Origin: Eledone cirrhosa
Taxonomy: Eukaryota
Direction of reading: 5' to 3'
DNA length: 64,000 nucleotides
Assembly (NCBI GenBank): GCA_964016885.1
Contig: OZ024756.1
Coordinates: forward strand, 16,678,001 to 16,742,000
Part shown: positions 11,094 to 23,975 of the stretch, piece by piece
How positions within the stretch are numbered: position 1 is the first letter of the stretch
Layout of the letters: each line of letters starts with the position of its first letter
Notes under the pieces: generated by a model
Told to the model about the DNA's origin: nothing
Database searches by the model: none
The model's input: the letters and a program-made list of their open reading frames with translations, nothing else
Position numbers and translations under genes: made by a program

Positions 11094-14000
11094 GTGTGGT
11101 GAAGCAGTTGGTTTTGGAACCACTTGGTGGTGTTGCTAGCTGTGTGGTGGAGCAGTTGGTTTTGGAACCACTTGGTGGTGTGGTTAGCTGTGTGGTGAAG
11201 CAGTTGGTTTTGGAAACACTTGGAGGTGTGGTTAGCTGTGTGGTGAAGCAGTTGGTTTTGGAACCACTTGGTGGTGTGGTTAGCTGTGTGGTGAAGCAGT
11301 TGGTTTTGGAACCACTTGGTGTGGTTAGCTGTGTGGTGAAGCAGTTGGTTTTGGAACTACTTGGTGGTGTGGCTAGCTGTGTGGTGAAGCAGTTGGTTTT
11401 GGAACTACTTGGTGGTGTGGTTAGCTGTGTGGTGAAGCAGTTGGTTTTGGAACCACTTGGAGGTGTGGCTAGCTGTGTGGTGAAGCAGTTGGTTTTGGAA
11501 CCACTTGGTGGTGTGGTTAGCTGTGTGGTGAAGCAGTTGGTTTTGGAACCACTTGGTGGTGTGGTTAGCTGTGTGGTGAAGCAGTTGGTTTTGGAACCAC
11601 TTGGTGGTGTGGTTAGCTGTGTGGTGAAGCAGTTGGTTTTGGAACCACTTGGAGGTGTGGCTAGCTGTGTGGTGAAGCAGTTGGTTTTGGAACCACTTGG
11701 AGGTGTGGCTAGCTGTGTGGTGAAGCAGTTGGTTTTGGAACCACTTGGTGGTGTGGTTAGCTGTGTGGTGAAGCAGTTGGTTTTGGAACCACTTGGTGGT
11801 GTGGTTAGCTGTGTGGTGAAGCAGTTGGTTTTGGAACCACTTGGTGGTGTGGTTAGCTGTGTGGTGAAGCAGTTGGTTTTGGAACCACTTGGAGGTGTGG
11901 CTAGCTGTGTGGTGAAGCAGTTGGTTTTGGAACCACTTGGTGGTGTGGTTAGCTGTGTGGTGAAGCAGTTGGTTTTGGAACCACTTGGTGTGGTTAGCTG
12001 TGTGGTGAAGCAGTTGGTTTTGGAACCACTTGGTGGTGTGGTTAGCTGTGTGGTGAAGTAGTTGGTTTTGGAACCACTTGGTGGTGTGGTTAGCTGTGTG
12101 GTGAAGCAGTTGGTTTTGGAACCACTTGGTGTGGTTAGCTGTGTGGTGAAGCAGTTGGTTTTGGAACCACTTGGTGGTGTGGTTAGCTGTGTGGTGAAGC
12201 AGTTGGTTTTGGAACCACTTGGAGGTGTGGCTAGCTGTGTGGTGAAGCAGTTGGTTTTGGAACCACTTGGAGGTGTGGCTAGCTGTGTGGTGAAGTAGTT
12301 GGTTTTGGAACCACTTGGTGGTGTGGTTAGCTGTGTGGTGAAGCAGTTGGTTTTGGAACCACTTGGAGGTGTGGCTAGCTGTGTGGTGAAGCAGTTGGTT
12401 TTGGAACCACTTGGTGGTGTGGCTAGCTGTGTGGTGAAGCAGTTGGTTTTGGAACCACTTGGTGGTGTGGCTAGCTGTGTGGTGAAGCAGTTGGTTTTAG
12501 AACCACTTGGTGGTGTGGTTAGCTGTGTGGTGAAGCAGTTGGTTTTGGAACCACTTGGTGGTGTGGCTAGCTGTGTGGTGAAGCAGTTGGTTTTGGAACC
12601 ACTTGGTGGTGTGGCTAGCTGTGTGGTGAAGCAGTTGGTTTTGGAACCACTTGGTGGTGTGGCTAGCTGTGTGGTGAAGCAGTTGGTTTTGGAACCACTT
12701 GGTGGTGTGGCTAGCTGTGTGGTGAAGCAGTTGGTTTTGGAACCACTTGGTGGTGTGGCTAGCTGTGTGGTGAAGCAGTTGGTTTTGGAACCACTTGGTG
12801 GTGTGGCTAGCTGTGTGGTGAAGCAGTTGGTTTTGGAACCACTTGGTGGTGTGGCTAGCTGTGTGGTGAAGCAGTTGGTTTTGGAACCACTTGGTGGTGT
12901 GGCTAGCTGTGTGGTGAAGCAGTTGGTTTTGGAACCACTTGGTGGTGTGGTTAGCTGTGTGGTGAAGCAGTTGGTTTTGGAACCACTTGGTGTGGTTAGC
13001 TGTGTGGTGAAGCAGTTGGTTTTGGAACCACTTGGTGGTGTGGCTAGCTGTGTGGTGAAGCAGTTTGTTTTGGAACCACTTGGTGGTGTGGTTAGCTGTG
13101 TGGTGAAGCAGTTGGTTTTGGAACCACTTGGTGTGGTTAGCTGTGTGGTGAAGCAGTTGGTTTTGGAACCACTTGGTGTGGTTAGCTGTGTGGTGAAGCA
13201 GTTGGTTTTGGAACCACTTGGTGTGGTTAGCTGTGTGGTGAAGCAGTTGGTTTTGGAACCACTTGGTGGTGTGGTTAGCTGTGTGGTGTAGCAGTTGGTT
13301 TTGGAACCACTTGGTGGTGTGGTTAGCTGTGTGGTGAAGCAGTTGGTTTTGGAACCACTTGGTGGTGTGGTTAGCTGTGTGGTGAAGCAGTTGGTTTTGG
13401 AACCACTTGGTGTGGTTAGCTGTGTGGTGAAGTAGTTGGTTTTGGAACCACTTGGTGGTGTGGTTAGCTGTGTGGTAAAGCAGTTGGTTTTGGAACCACT
13501 TGGTGTGGTTAGCTGTGTGGTGAAGCAGTTGGTTTTGGAACCACTTGATGGTGTGGTTAGCTGTGTGGTAAAGCAGTTGGTTTTGGAACCACTTGGTGGT
13601 GTGGTTAGCTGTGTGGTGAAGCAGTTGGTTTTGGAACCACTTGGTGTGGTTAGCTGTGTGGTGAAGCAGTTGGTTTTGGAACCACTTGGTGGTGTGGTTA
13701 GCTGTGTGGTAAAGCAGTTGGTTTTGGAACCACTTGGTGGTGTGGCTAGCTGTGTGGTGAAGCAGTTGGTTTTGGAACCACTTGGTGGTGTGGTTAGCTG
13801 TGTGGTGAAGCAGTTGGTTTTGGAACCACTTGGTGGTGTGGTTAGCTGTGTGGTGAAGCAGTTGGTTTTGGAACCACTTGGTGTGGTTAGCTGTGTGGTG
13901 AAGTAGTTGGTTTTGGAACCACTTGGTGGTGTGGTTAGCTGTGTGGTAAAGCAGTTGGTTTTGGAACCACTTGGTGTGGTTAGCTGTGTGGTGAAGCAGT

Positions 14001-17000
14001 TGGTTTTGGAACCACTTGGTGGTGTGGTTAGCTGTGTGGTAAAGCAGTTGGTTTTGGAACCACTTGGTGGTGTGGTTAGCTGTGTGGTGAAGCAGTTGGT
14101 TTTGGAACCACTTGGTGTGGTTAGCTGTGTGGTGAAGCAGTTGGTTTTGGAACCACTTGGTGGTGTGGTTAGCTGTGTGGTAAAGCAGTTGGTTTTGGAA
14201 CCACTTGGTGGTGTGGCTAGCTGTGTGGTGAAGCAGTTGGTTTTGGAACCACTTGGTGTGGTTAGCTGTGTGGTGAAGCAGTTGGTTTTGGAACCACTTG
14301 GTGTGGTTAGCTGTGTGGTGAAGTAGTTGGTTTTGGAACCACTTGGTGGTGTGGTTAGCTGTGTGGTGAAGTAGTTGGTTTTGGAACCACTTGGTGGTGT
14401 GGTTAGCTGTGTGGTGAAGCAGTTGGTTTTGGAACCACTTGGTGTGGTTAGCTGTGTGGTGAAGCAGTTGGTTTTGGATCCACTTGGTGGTGTGGTTAGC
14501 TGTGTGGTGAAGCAGTTGGTTTTGGAACCACTTGGTGGTGTGGTTAGCTGTGTGGTGAAGCAGTTGGTTTTGGAACCACTTGGTGGTGTGGTTAGCTGTG
14601 TGGTGAAGCAGTTGGTTTTGGAACCACTTGGTGGTGTGGTTAGCTGTGTGGTGAAGCAGTTGGTTTTGGAATCACTTGGCGGTGTGGTTAGCTGTGTGGT
14701 GAAGCAGTTGGTTTTGGAACCACTTGGTGTGGTTAGCTGTGTGGTGAAGCAGTTGGTTTTGGAACCACTTGGTGTGGTTAGCTGTGTGGTGAAGCAGTTG
14801 GTTTTGGAACCACTTGGTGTGGTTAGCTGTGTGGTGAAGCAGTTGGTTTTGGAACCACTTGGTGGTGTGGTTAGCTGTGTGGTAAAGCAGTTGGTTTTGG
14901 AACCACTTGGTGGTGTGGTTAGCTGTGTGGTGAAGCAGTTGGTTTTGGAACCACTTGGTGTGGTTAGCTGTGTGGTGAAGCAGTTGGTTTTGGAACCACT
15001 TGGTGTGGTTAGCTGTGTGGTGAAGTAGTTGGTTTTGGAACCACTTGGTGGTGTGGTTAGCTGTGTGGTAAAGCAGTTGGTTTTGGAACCACTTGGTGGT
15101 GTGGTTAGCTGTGTGGTGAAGCAGTTGGTTTTGGAACCACTTGGTGTGGTTAGCTGTGTGGTGAAGCAGTTGGTTTTGGAACCACTTGGTGGTGTGGTTA
15201 GCTGTGTGGTGAAGTAGTTGGTTTTGGAACCACTTGGTGGTGTGGTTAGCTGTGTGGTGAAGCAGTTGGTTTTGGAACCACTTGGTGTGGTTAGCTGTGT
15301 GGTGAAGCAGTTGGTTTTGGATCCACTTGGTGGTGTGGTTAGCTGTGTGGTGAAGCAGTTGGTTTTGGAACCACTTGGTGGTGTGGTTAGCTGTGTGGTG
15401 AAGCAGTTGGTTTTGGAACCACTTGGTGGTGTGGTTAGCTGTGTGGTGAAGCAGTTGGTTTTGGAACCACTTGGTGGTGTGGTTAGCTGTGTGGTGAAGC
15501 AGTTGGTTTTGGAATCACTTGGCGGTGTGGTTAGCTGTGTGGTGAAGCAGTTGGTTTTGGAACCACTTGGTGGTGTGGTTAGCTGTGTGGTGAAGTAGTT
15601 GGTTTTGGAACCACTTGGAGGTGTGGCTAGCTGTGTGGTGAAGCAGTTGGTTTTGGAACCACTTGGTGGTGTGGTTAGCTGTGTGGTGAAGCAGTTGGTT
15701 TTGGAACCACTTGGTGGTGTGGTTAGCTGTGTGGTGAAGCAGTTGGTTTTGGAACCACTTGGTGGTGTGGCTAGCTGTGTGGTGAAGCAGTTGGTTTTGG
15801 AACCACTTGGTGTGGTTAGCTGTGTGGTGAAGCAGTTGGTTTTGGAACCACTTGGTGTGGTTAGCTATGTGGTGAAGCAGTTGGTTTTGGAACCACTTGG
15901 TGGTCTGGCTAGCTGTGTGGTGAAGCAGTTGGTTTTGGAACCACTTGGTGGTGTGGTTAGCTGTGTGGTGAAGCAGTTGGTTTTGGAACCACTTGGTGGT
16001 GTGGTTAGCTGTGTGGTGAAGCAGTTGGTTTTGGAACCACTTGGTGGTGTGGCTAGCTGTGTGGTGAAGCAGTTGGTTTTGGAACCACTTGGTGTGGTTA
16101 GCTGTGTGGTGAAGCAGTTGGTTTTGGAACCACTTGGTGTGGTTAGCTGTGTGGTGAAGCAGTTGGTTTTGGAACCACTTGGTGGTGTGGCTAGCTGTGT
16201 GGTGAAGCAGTTGGTTTTGGAACCACTTGGTGTGGTTAGCTGTGTGGTGAAGTAGTTGGTTTTGGAACCACTTGGTGGTGTGGTTAGCTGTGTGGTAAAG
16301 CAGTTGGTTTTGGAACCACTTGGTGTGGTTAGCTGTGTGGTGAAGCAGTTGGTTTTGGAACCACTTGGTGGTGTGGTTAGCTGTGTGGTGAAGTAGTTGG
16401 TTTTGGAACCACTTGGTGGTGTGGTTAGCTGTGTGGTGAAGCAGTTGGTTTTGGAACCACTTGGTGTGGTTAGCTGTGTGGTGAAGCAGTTGGTTTTGGA
16501 ACCACTTGGTGGTGTGGTTAGCTGTGTGGTGAAGCAGTTGGTTTTGGAACCACTTGGTGGTGTGGTTAGCTGTGTGGTGAAGCAGTTGGTTTTGGAACCA
16601 CTTGGTGGTGTGGTTAGCTGTGTGGTGAAGCAGTTGGTTTTGGAAGCACTTGGCGGTGTGGTTAGCTGTGTGGTGAAGCAGTTGGTTTTGGAACCACTTG
16701 GCGGTGTGGTTAGCTGTGTGGTGAAGCAGTTGGTTTTGGAACCACTTGGTGGTGTGGTTAGCTGTGTGGTGAAGTAGTTGGTTTTGGAACCACTTGGAGG
16801 TGTGGCTAGCTGTGTGGTGAAGCAGTTGGTTTTGGAACCACTTGGTGTGGTTAGCTGTGTGGTGAAGCAGTTGGTTTTGGATCCACTTGGTGGTGTGGTT
16901 AGCTGTGTGGTGAAGCAGTTGGTTTTGGAACCACTTGGTGGTGTGGTTAGCTGTGTGGTGAAGCAGTTGGTTTTGGAACCACTTGGTGGTGTGGTTAGCT

Positions 17001-19106
17001 GTGTGGTGAAGCAGTTGGTTTTGGAACCACTTGGCGGTGTGGTTAGCTGTGTGGTGAAGCAGTTGGTTTTGGAACCACTTGGCGGTGTGGTTAGCTGTGT
17101 GGTGAAGCAGTTGGTTTTGGAACCACTTGGTGGTGTGGTTAGCTGTGTGGTGAAGTAGTTGGTTTTGGAACCACTTGGAGGTGTGGCTAGCTGTGTGGTG
17201 AAGCAGTTGGTTTTGGAACCACTTGGTGGTGTGGTTAGCTGTGTGGTGAAGCAGTTGGTTTTGGAACCACTTGGTGGTGTGGTTAGCTGTGTGGTGAAGC
17301 AGTTGGTTTTGGAACCACTTGGTGGTGTGGCTAGCTGTGTGGTGAAGCAGTTGGTTTTGGAACCACTTGGTGTGGTTAGCTGTGTGGTGAAGCAGTTGGT
17401 TTTGGAACCACTTGGTGTGGTTAGCTGTGTGGTGAAGCAGTTGGTTTTGGAACCACTTGGTGGTGTGGCTAGCTGTGTGGTGAAGCAGTTGGTTTTGGAA
17501 CCACTTGGTGGTGTGGTTAGCTGTGTGGTGAAGCAGTTGGTTTTGGAACCACTTGGTGGTGTGGTTAGCTGTGTGGTGAAGCAGTTGGTTTTGGAACCAC
17601 TTGGTGGTGTGGTTAGCTGTGTGGTGAAGCAGTTGGTTTTGGAACCACTTGGAGGTGTGGCTAGCTGTGTGGTGAAGCAGTTGGTTTTGGAACCACTTGG
17701 TGGTGTGGTTAGCTGTGTGGTGAAGCAGTTGGTTTTGGAACCACTTGGTGTGGTTAGCTGTGTGGTGAAGCAGTTGGTTTTGGAACCACTTGGTGGTGTG
17801 GTTAGCTGTGTGGTGAAGCAGTTTGTTTTGGAACCACTTGGTGGTGTGGTTAGCTGTGTGGTGAAGCAGTTGGTTTTGGAACCACTTGGTGGTGTGGTTA
17901 GCTGTGTGGTGAAGCAGTTGGTTTTGGAACCACTTGGTGGTGTGGTTAGCTGTGTGGTGAAGCAGTTGGTTTTGGAACCACTTGGTGGTGTGGTTAGCTG
18001 TGTGGTGAAGCAGTTGGTTTTGGAACCACTTGGTGGTGTGGTTAGCTGTGTGGTGAAGCAGTTGGTTTTGGAACCACTTGGTGGTGTGGTTAGCTGTGTG
18101 GTGAAGCAGTTGGTTTTGGAACCACTTGGTGGTGTGGTTAACTGTGTGGTGAAGCAGTTGGTTTTGGGACCACTTGGTGGTGTGGTTAGCTGTGTGGTGA
18201 AGCAGTTGGTTTTGGAACCACTTGGTGGTGTGGCTAGCTGTGTGGTGAAGCAGTTGGTTTTGGAACCACTTGGTGGTGTGGTTAGCTGTGTGGTGAAGCA
18301 GTTGGTTTTGGAACCACTTGGTGGTGTGGTTAGCTGTGTGGTGAAGCAGTTGGTTTGGGAACCACTTGGTGGTGTGGTTAGCTGTGTGATGAAGCAGTTG
18401 GTTTTGGAACCACTTGGTGGTGTGGTTAGCTGTGTGGTGAAGCAGTTGGTTTTGGAACCACTTGGTGGTGTGGTTAGCTGTGTGGTGAAGCAGTTTGTTT
18501 TGGAACCACTTGGTGGTGTGGTTAGCTGTGTGGTGAAGCAGTTGGTTTTGGGACCACTTGGTGGTGTGGTTAGCTGTGTGGTGAAGCAGTTGGTTTTGGA
18601 ACCACTTGGTGGTGTGGCTAGCTGTGTGGTGAAGCAGTTGGTTTTGGAACCGCTTGGTGGTGTGGTTAGCTGTGTGGTGAAGCAGTTGGTTTTGGAACCA
18701 CTTGGTGGTGTGGCTAGCTGTGTGGTGAAGCAGTTGGTTTTGGAACCACTTGGTGGTGTGGTTAGCTGTGTGGTGAAGCAGTTGGTTTTGGAACCACTTG
18801 GTGGTGTGGCTAGCTGTGTGGTGAAGCAGATGTTTTGGAACCACTTGGTGGTGTGGTTAGCTGTGTGGTGAAGCAGTTGGTTTTGGAACCACTTGGTGGT
18901 GTGGCTAGCTGTGTGGTGAAGCAGTTGGTTTTGGAACCACTTGGTGGTGTGGTTAGCTGTGTGGTGAAGCAGTTGGTTTTGGAACCACTTGGTGGTGTGG
19001 TTAGCTGTGTGGTGAAGCAGTTGGTTTTAGAACCACTTGGTGGTGTGGTTAGCTGTGTGGTGAAGCAGTTGGTTTTGGAACCACTTGGTGGTGTGGCTAG
19101 CTGTGT
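11094..19106. repeat. 8-kb tandem array of 48/45-bp units (~165-170 copies)
   Basis: Unit GTGGTGAAGCAGTTGGTTTTGGAACCACTTGGT(GGT)GTGGTTAGCTGT; very homogeneous. Confidence 0.98.
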
Positions 19107-19141
19107 GTGTTTGTATATGTGTGCGTATATATATATATATA

Positions 19142-19260
19142 TAAGCGAAAATATTAATGAAAAAGAGACTAGCCGTTAAATCAGATTTATAAAAAGCTCT
19201 TACATGTTTCGCCCAATGGGGCTCTTCTGAGGCAATAAAGGTTACGATACTGTAACTTTT
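19142..19260 (-). mobile_element. Degenerate hammerhead-bearing insert in TA tract
   Basis: Minus strand: GCCT-CAGAAGA-GCCC(CATT)GGGC-GAAA-CATG-TA-AGAGC, with one core mismatch. Confidence 0.5.
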
Positions 19261-19279
19261 AATTATATATATATATATA

Positions 19280-19764
19280 TCATCATCATCAACATCATCG
19301 TTTAATGTCCGTCTTCCACGCTTGCATTGGTTTGGACGGGAGTTTTCCCACTTGAGGCAAGAGTGGTTGTCTTGCTCGCATAGGACTGTCTGGCGGGTTT
19401 TCTACGGCTGGATGCCCTTCCTAACACCAACCACGTTTACAGTGTGGACTGGGAGGTTTTTACTGTTACCTGCACGGCCACATTACAGCGTGGACTGTGT
19501 GTTTTTTTGTCGTGACACCTACACGACCTCATTTGTTTCGGACTGGATGTTGTGCTACCAACATAACTTTACATTGAAAGGGGTGGTGTGGATGGGGTGG
19601 GGGTAGTGGGACGGGGGGGTATTTTTGTTAGAGGTGCCTACTGACTGTAGTAGGTTTCACTTTGTACTTAGGTAAGGCGGGTCTTCTGTATTACTGTGTA
19701 GCGCCAAAGATCTTGGTCCAGTGACATTGTCTTGGAGAGGTGTAAGTGTGTGAGGTCGGAGTTT

Positions 19765-19770
<6 letters not shown>
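19280..19770 (-). mobile_element. RTE-tail SINE / RTE 3' remnant
   Basis: Shares GGATGCCCTTCCTAACACCAACC and the (CAT)n tail with the SINE family. Confidence 0.6.
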
Positions 19771-19806
<36 letters not shown>

Positions 19807-20139
19807 TGTATAGTGGTAGCTATGTTGCTTCCGTAGGGGGTATGACAAAATTAGCACTCGATATTCATACAAGGACCATGACTCGAGCTACATGCCGGCG
19901 AAACATTTGTAACACCAAATAAACTAAGTCCAGATGCATCACTGATTTTTCTTTTTCTTGATAATATATATATACATATATATATATACAATATATATAA
20001 TATATATACAAATATAATATATATATACAAATATAATATATATATATACATATATATATACAATATATATAATATATATATATATATATATACAAATATA
20101 ATATATATATATATATACAAATATATATAAATATATATA

Positions 20140-20286
20140 ATAGAATAAATATATTTTATAAATATAGTTTCCTTTTATTTAATATCATTGTGTATTATAT
20201 TATACTCAAGAAAACTGTTGAGTGCTCTGAATCAGTTATAAACATTTATATTTGTTGAATTACCAACAAATTTAATATCCCTTCTG

Positions 20287-20290
<4 letters not shown>
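20140..20290 (+). mobile_element. Family X tail only (no ribozyme core)
   Basis: Similar to 6845-6978; contains TTGAGTGCTCT. Confidence 0.6.
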
Positions 20291-20343
<53 letters not shown>

Positions 20344-20734
20344 AGGAGGTGAGTTTTATTGTAGTACAATAAAGCAATGCAGATATCGGATAAGAAGCAC
20401 TCTACAGTTTGTAGGACTGGAGTATAAATAATATATAAGATAAACAGATGGTTAAAAGAGTTCCATGTATTTCATTATGCGCATTTCAAAAACAAATATC
20501 ATCCTGCAATAACATTTGTGTTTTCGTCAGATAAAATAGGAAGACATGATATGAAGGTTAAAATACACTTGTAAATATGTTGATTTAAAACTGCACTATT
20601 CACAAGTGTATTTTAACCTTCATATCATGTCTTCCTATTTTATCTGACGAAAACACAAATGTTATTGCATGATGATATTTGTTTTTGAAATGCGCATAAT
20701 AAAATACATGGAACTCTTTTAACCATCTTTTGAT

Positions 20735-20740
<6 letters not shown>
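20344..20740. mobile_element. Fold-back insert with two hammerhead copies (arms ~20433-20571/20602-20740)
   Basis: Inverted arms; one-sided tail with GAGTGCTT on -; TA/TG flanks. Confidence 0.8.
20632..20713 (+). ncRNA. Type I hammerhead ribozyme candidate (inverse copy at ~20461-20542)
   Basis: TATTTTAT-CTGACGA-long stem II-GAAA-TGCGCA-TA-ATAAAATA. Perfect 8-bp stem I, palindromic stem III, AUA triplet. Confidence 0.7.
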
Positions 20741-20782
<42 letters not shown>

Positions 20783-20786
<4 letters not shown>

Positions 20787-21025
20787 GAAATGACACGAGG
20801 CTAAATATGTGGAATTTCCTTAATTTTTTATTACCGTAAACACCAAACACATTTCAGTGGCCAGGTTGCGTAAGAACCCGCTGACCTCATCAGGTGTAAA
20901 TTGTGTAATAGATGTATACCAACGGAATAATGGTAAGCTTTAGGGAAACAAGCAAAGAAAAACAAAGAAAAACGTGTGTGACTCAGAGACAAACGTAGTA
21001 GCATGCTGTCACATTGCGCGCCCGT
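20783..21025 (-). mobile_element. PLE-end-like insert with decayed hammerhead
   Basis: Minus strand: ACAC-CTGATGA-GGTCAG...CTGGCC-ACT-GAAA-TGTGT-TT-GGTGT, then AATAAA. Confidence 0.55.
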
Positions 21026-21223
21026 GTATGTATATATACATATATGTGTGTGTGTGTATAGATATGTATATATATATACACATATATATATGTATATTGC
21101 TAGCGTGGAAGATGGACGTTAAACGAAGATGATGATGATATGTGAGTGTATATAGATATGTATACATATATATATACACATATATATATATGTATATTAT
21201 ATACATATATATATTTTACACAA

Positions 21224-21255
<32 letters not shown>

Positions 21256-21504
21256 TATATTATATATATATATATATATATATTTACATGTGACAGTGAA
21301 AGGGGGAGAGTGATGGTTAGACGGTGTGTAATAACAATAATAAATAAATAAATAAATAAATAAATAGAACAGATGTAAAGAAATAAAGAGAGCGAAGGGA
21401 GAGAAGTGCGTAAACAATGCCCAGAGAAAGAGAGAGTGTGACAGAGTGTGATCGTATGAGCTGCTCAAGTGTCATAAATAAGTTTCCCTCCAAGTTCGAC
21501 TATC

Positions 21505-21960
21505 AAATTCATTCTCATTTAGGGGTCAGTCAGCCTAGCGGTCCCAGTATTACGCAAATTGTAAAGTATGACCACTTATTTTGGGAGAATGTCTATCAGA
21601 AGCAACCGTCTCCAACTGATCCGGCTGGGTCCCTAAGTGAGACCAGCAAAGCTCATGGATGTTATCCAACCATCCTGGGTCTTCTGCAAGTTGGTTTTGC
21701 CCGTAAAATCTGTCCAGCGTTTCTTTCCTGAGACATTCTAGTCACATGTCCATAGTATTGGAGCTGTGATCTTTCAATTCGGAGAAGTAGCAGCTCTACC
21801 TGGGGTGACTCTCTGATCTCTGAGCTACAGATCTGTCCAGCGATTTTTTTCCCTGAGATATTCTAACCATATATCCATAGTATCGGAGCTGTGATCTTTC
21901 AATTCAGAGAAGTTGCGGCTCTACCTGGAGTGCCTCTCTGATTTTAAGTTATGGTTCTCC
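21505..21960 (-). mobile_element. RTE LINE 3' fragment with internal duplication
   Basis: SSEIRESPQVELLLLRIERSQLQYYGHVTRMSQER on -. Region 21830-21945 duplicates 21710-21825. Confidence 0.75.
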
Positions 21961-22580
21961 TTGAATTATGAAATGCCATAAGGAAATAAGAACTTTTTCC
22001 ATTTGAAGTACGTATTCTTCATAGATATAGCTGCTTTTTGTACGTGTAGAAAATACTGAGTTTTTCTCATAAGATATAAGAGAGCTCTATATATATCTAC
22101 ATAATTCTAGTTTTTGTTTCTCAACTTGATACATGAAAAAGATTTTTTGATATATCCCACAAGAAGAACCAGTTTTTAATCAAATTAAGAACAACTTTCT
22201 CAAACTGTTTGGCCAGATCAGACGCTCAATTTGTGGTCTCTTTAAAATCTACCTGGTAGGTAACGATACCTGGAAAGAGGAAAAGGGGGGACACCTCAAT
22301 GGTAGATACGTGGAGCAGATCTTAAAATGATCCCAGTGTTAATGATGGGAGGAACTCAAATGGATGAAAACGAGCAGTTGGCGTGGAAGCCGAGGAGGCC
22401 TTTCTCTAAAATTTGCCTGGGGGTTATGATACCGGAATGACCCTTGAATAGCGAATGATAAATACAGACCACACACACGTACACAGTAAACTCTAACAAT
22501 TAGTGTTACCAGTAGGTTGGTTTCTAAGGAAAAGACACTGAACTGTGTGTGTGGTGGTAGTGGTGGGGAGGGGTAAAGTT

Positions 22581-23975
22581 AGCGGCGAATTGGCAAAGTC
22601 GTTGGAAGGTCAGATAGAATGGTAGAGTAGTTAGAAGGTCAGATAGAATGGTAGAGCCATTAGAAGGTCAGATAGAATGGTAGAGTCGTTAGAAGGTCAG
22701 ATAGAATGGTAGAGTCGTGAGAAGGTCAGATAGAATGGCAAAGTCGTTAGAAGGTCAGATAGAATGGTAGAGTAGTTAGAAGGTCAGATAGAATGGTACA
22801 GTCATTAGAAGGTCAGATAGAATGGTAGAGTCGTTAGAAGGTCAGATAGAATGGTAGAGTCGTTAGAAGGTCAGATAGAATGGCAAAGTCGTTAGAAGGT
22901 CAGATAGAATGGTAGAGTTGTTAGAAGGTCAGATAGAATGGCAAAGTCGTTAGAAGGTCAGATAGAATGGTAGAGTTGTTAGAAGGTCAGATAGAATGGC
23001 AAAGTCGTTAGAAGATCAGATAGAATGGTAGAGTAGTTAGAAGGTCAGATAGAATGGTACAGTCATTAGAAGGTCAGATAGAATGGTAGAGTCGTTAGAA
23101 GGTCAGATAGAATGGTAGAGTCGTTAGAAGGTCAGATAGAATGGCAAAGTCGTTAGAAGGTCAGATAGAATGGTAGAGTTGTTAGAAGGTCAGATAGAAT
23201 GGCAAAGTCGTTAGAAGGTCAGATAGAATGGTAGAGTTGTTAGAAGGTCAGATAGAATGGCAAAGTCGTTAGAAGGTCAGATAGAATGGCAGAGTCGTTA
23301 GAAGGTCAGATAGAATGGTAGAGTCGTTAGAAGGTCAGATAGAATGGCAAAGTCGTTAGAAGGTCAGATAGAATGGTAGAGTCGTTAGAAGGTCAGATAG
23401 AATGGTAGAGTTGTTAGAAGGTCAGATAGAATGGTAGAGTCGTTAGAAGGTCAGATAGAATGGCAAAGTCGTTAGAAGGTCAGATAGAATGGCAAAGTCG
23501 TTAGAAGGTCAGATAGAATGGCAGAGTCGTTAGAAGGTCAGATAGAATGGCAAAGTCGTTAGAAGGTCAGATAGAATGGCAGAGTCGTTAGAAGGTCAGA
23601 TAGAATGGTAGAGTTGTTAAAAGGTCAGATAGAATGGCAAAGTCGTTAGAAGGTCAGATAGAATGGTAGAGTCGTTAGAAGGTCAGATAGAATGGTAGAG
23701 TTGTTAGAAGGTCAGATAGAATGGCAAAGTCGTTAGAAGGTCAGGTAGAATGGCAAAGTCGTTAGAAGGTCAGATAGAATGGCAGAGTCGTTAGAAGGTC
23801 AGATAGAATGGTAGAGTCGTTAGAAGGTCAGATAGAATGGTAGAGTCGTTAGAAGGTCAGATAGAATGCTTTGCTGTATTCGTTTCGACTTTCTATTCTC
23901 TGAGTTCAAATCCCGCAGAGGTCAATTTTGCCGTTCATCAATTCGAGGTAGATAAAAAAAAGTTCCAGTCAAGTA
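22581..23975 (+). mobile_element. Meta-like SINE whose head is expanded into a minisatellite
   Basis: Starts AGCGGCGAATTGGCAAAGTCG. After the array it continues to B box GTTCAAATCC (23904) and a decayed Meta domain. Confidence 0.75.
22591..23868. repeat. 29-bp tandem repeat (~44 copies)
   Basis: TGG(C/T)A(A/G)AGTCGTTAGAAGGTCAGATAGAA. Confidence 0.97.

Noticed and set aside
11078-19179. Repeat-protein ORFs (QLVLEPLGGVVSCVVK; 1109-aa minus ORF)
   Set aside because: Unit length is a multiple of 3; recurrent TAG/TGA variants and a frameshift; no start or splice context.
11094-23868. CRISPR-like arrays
   Set aside because: Units are contiguous with no unique spacers; eukaryotic context; no cas genes.
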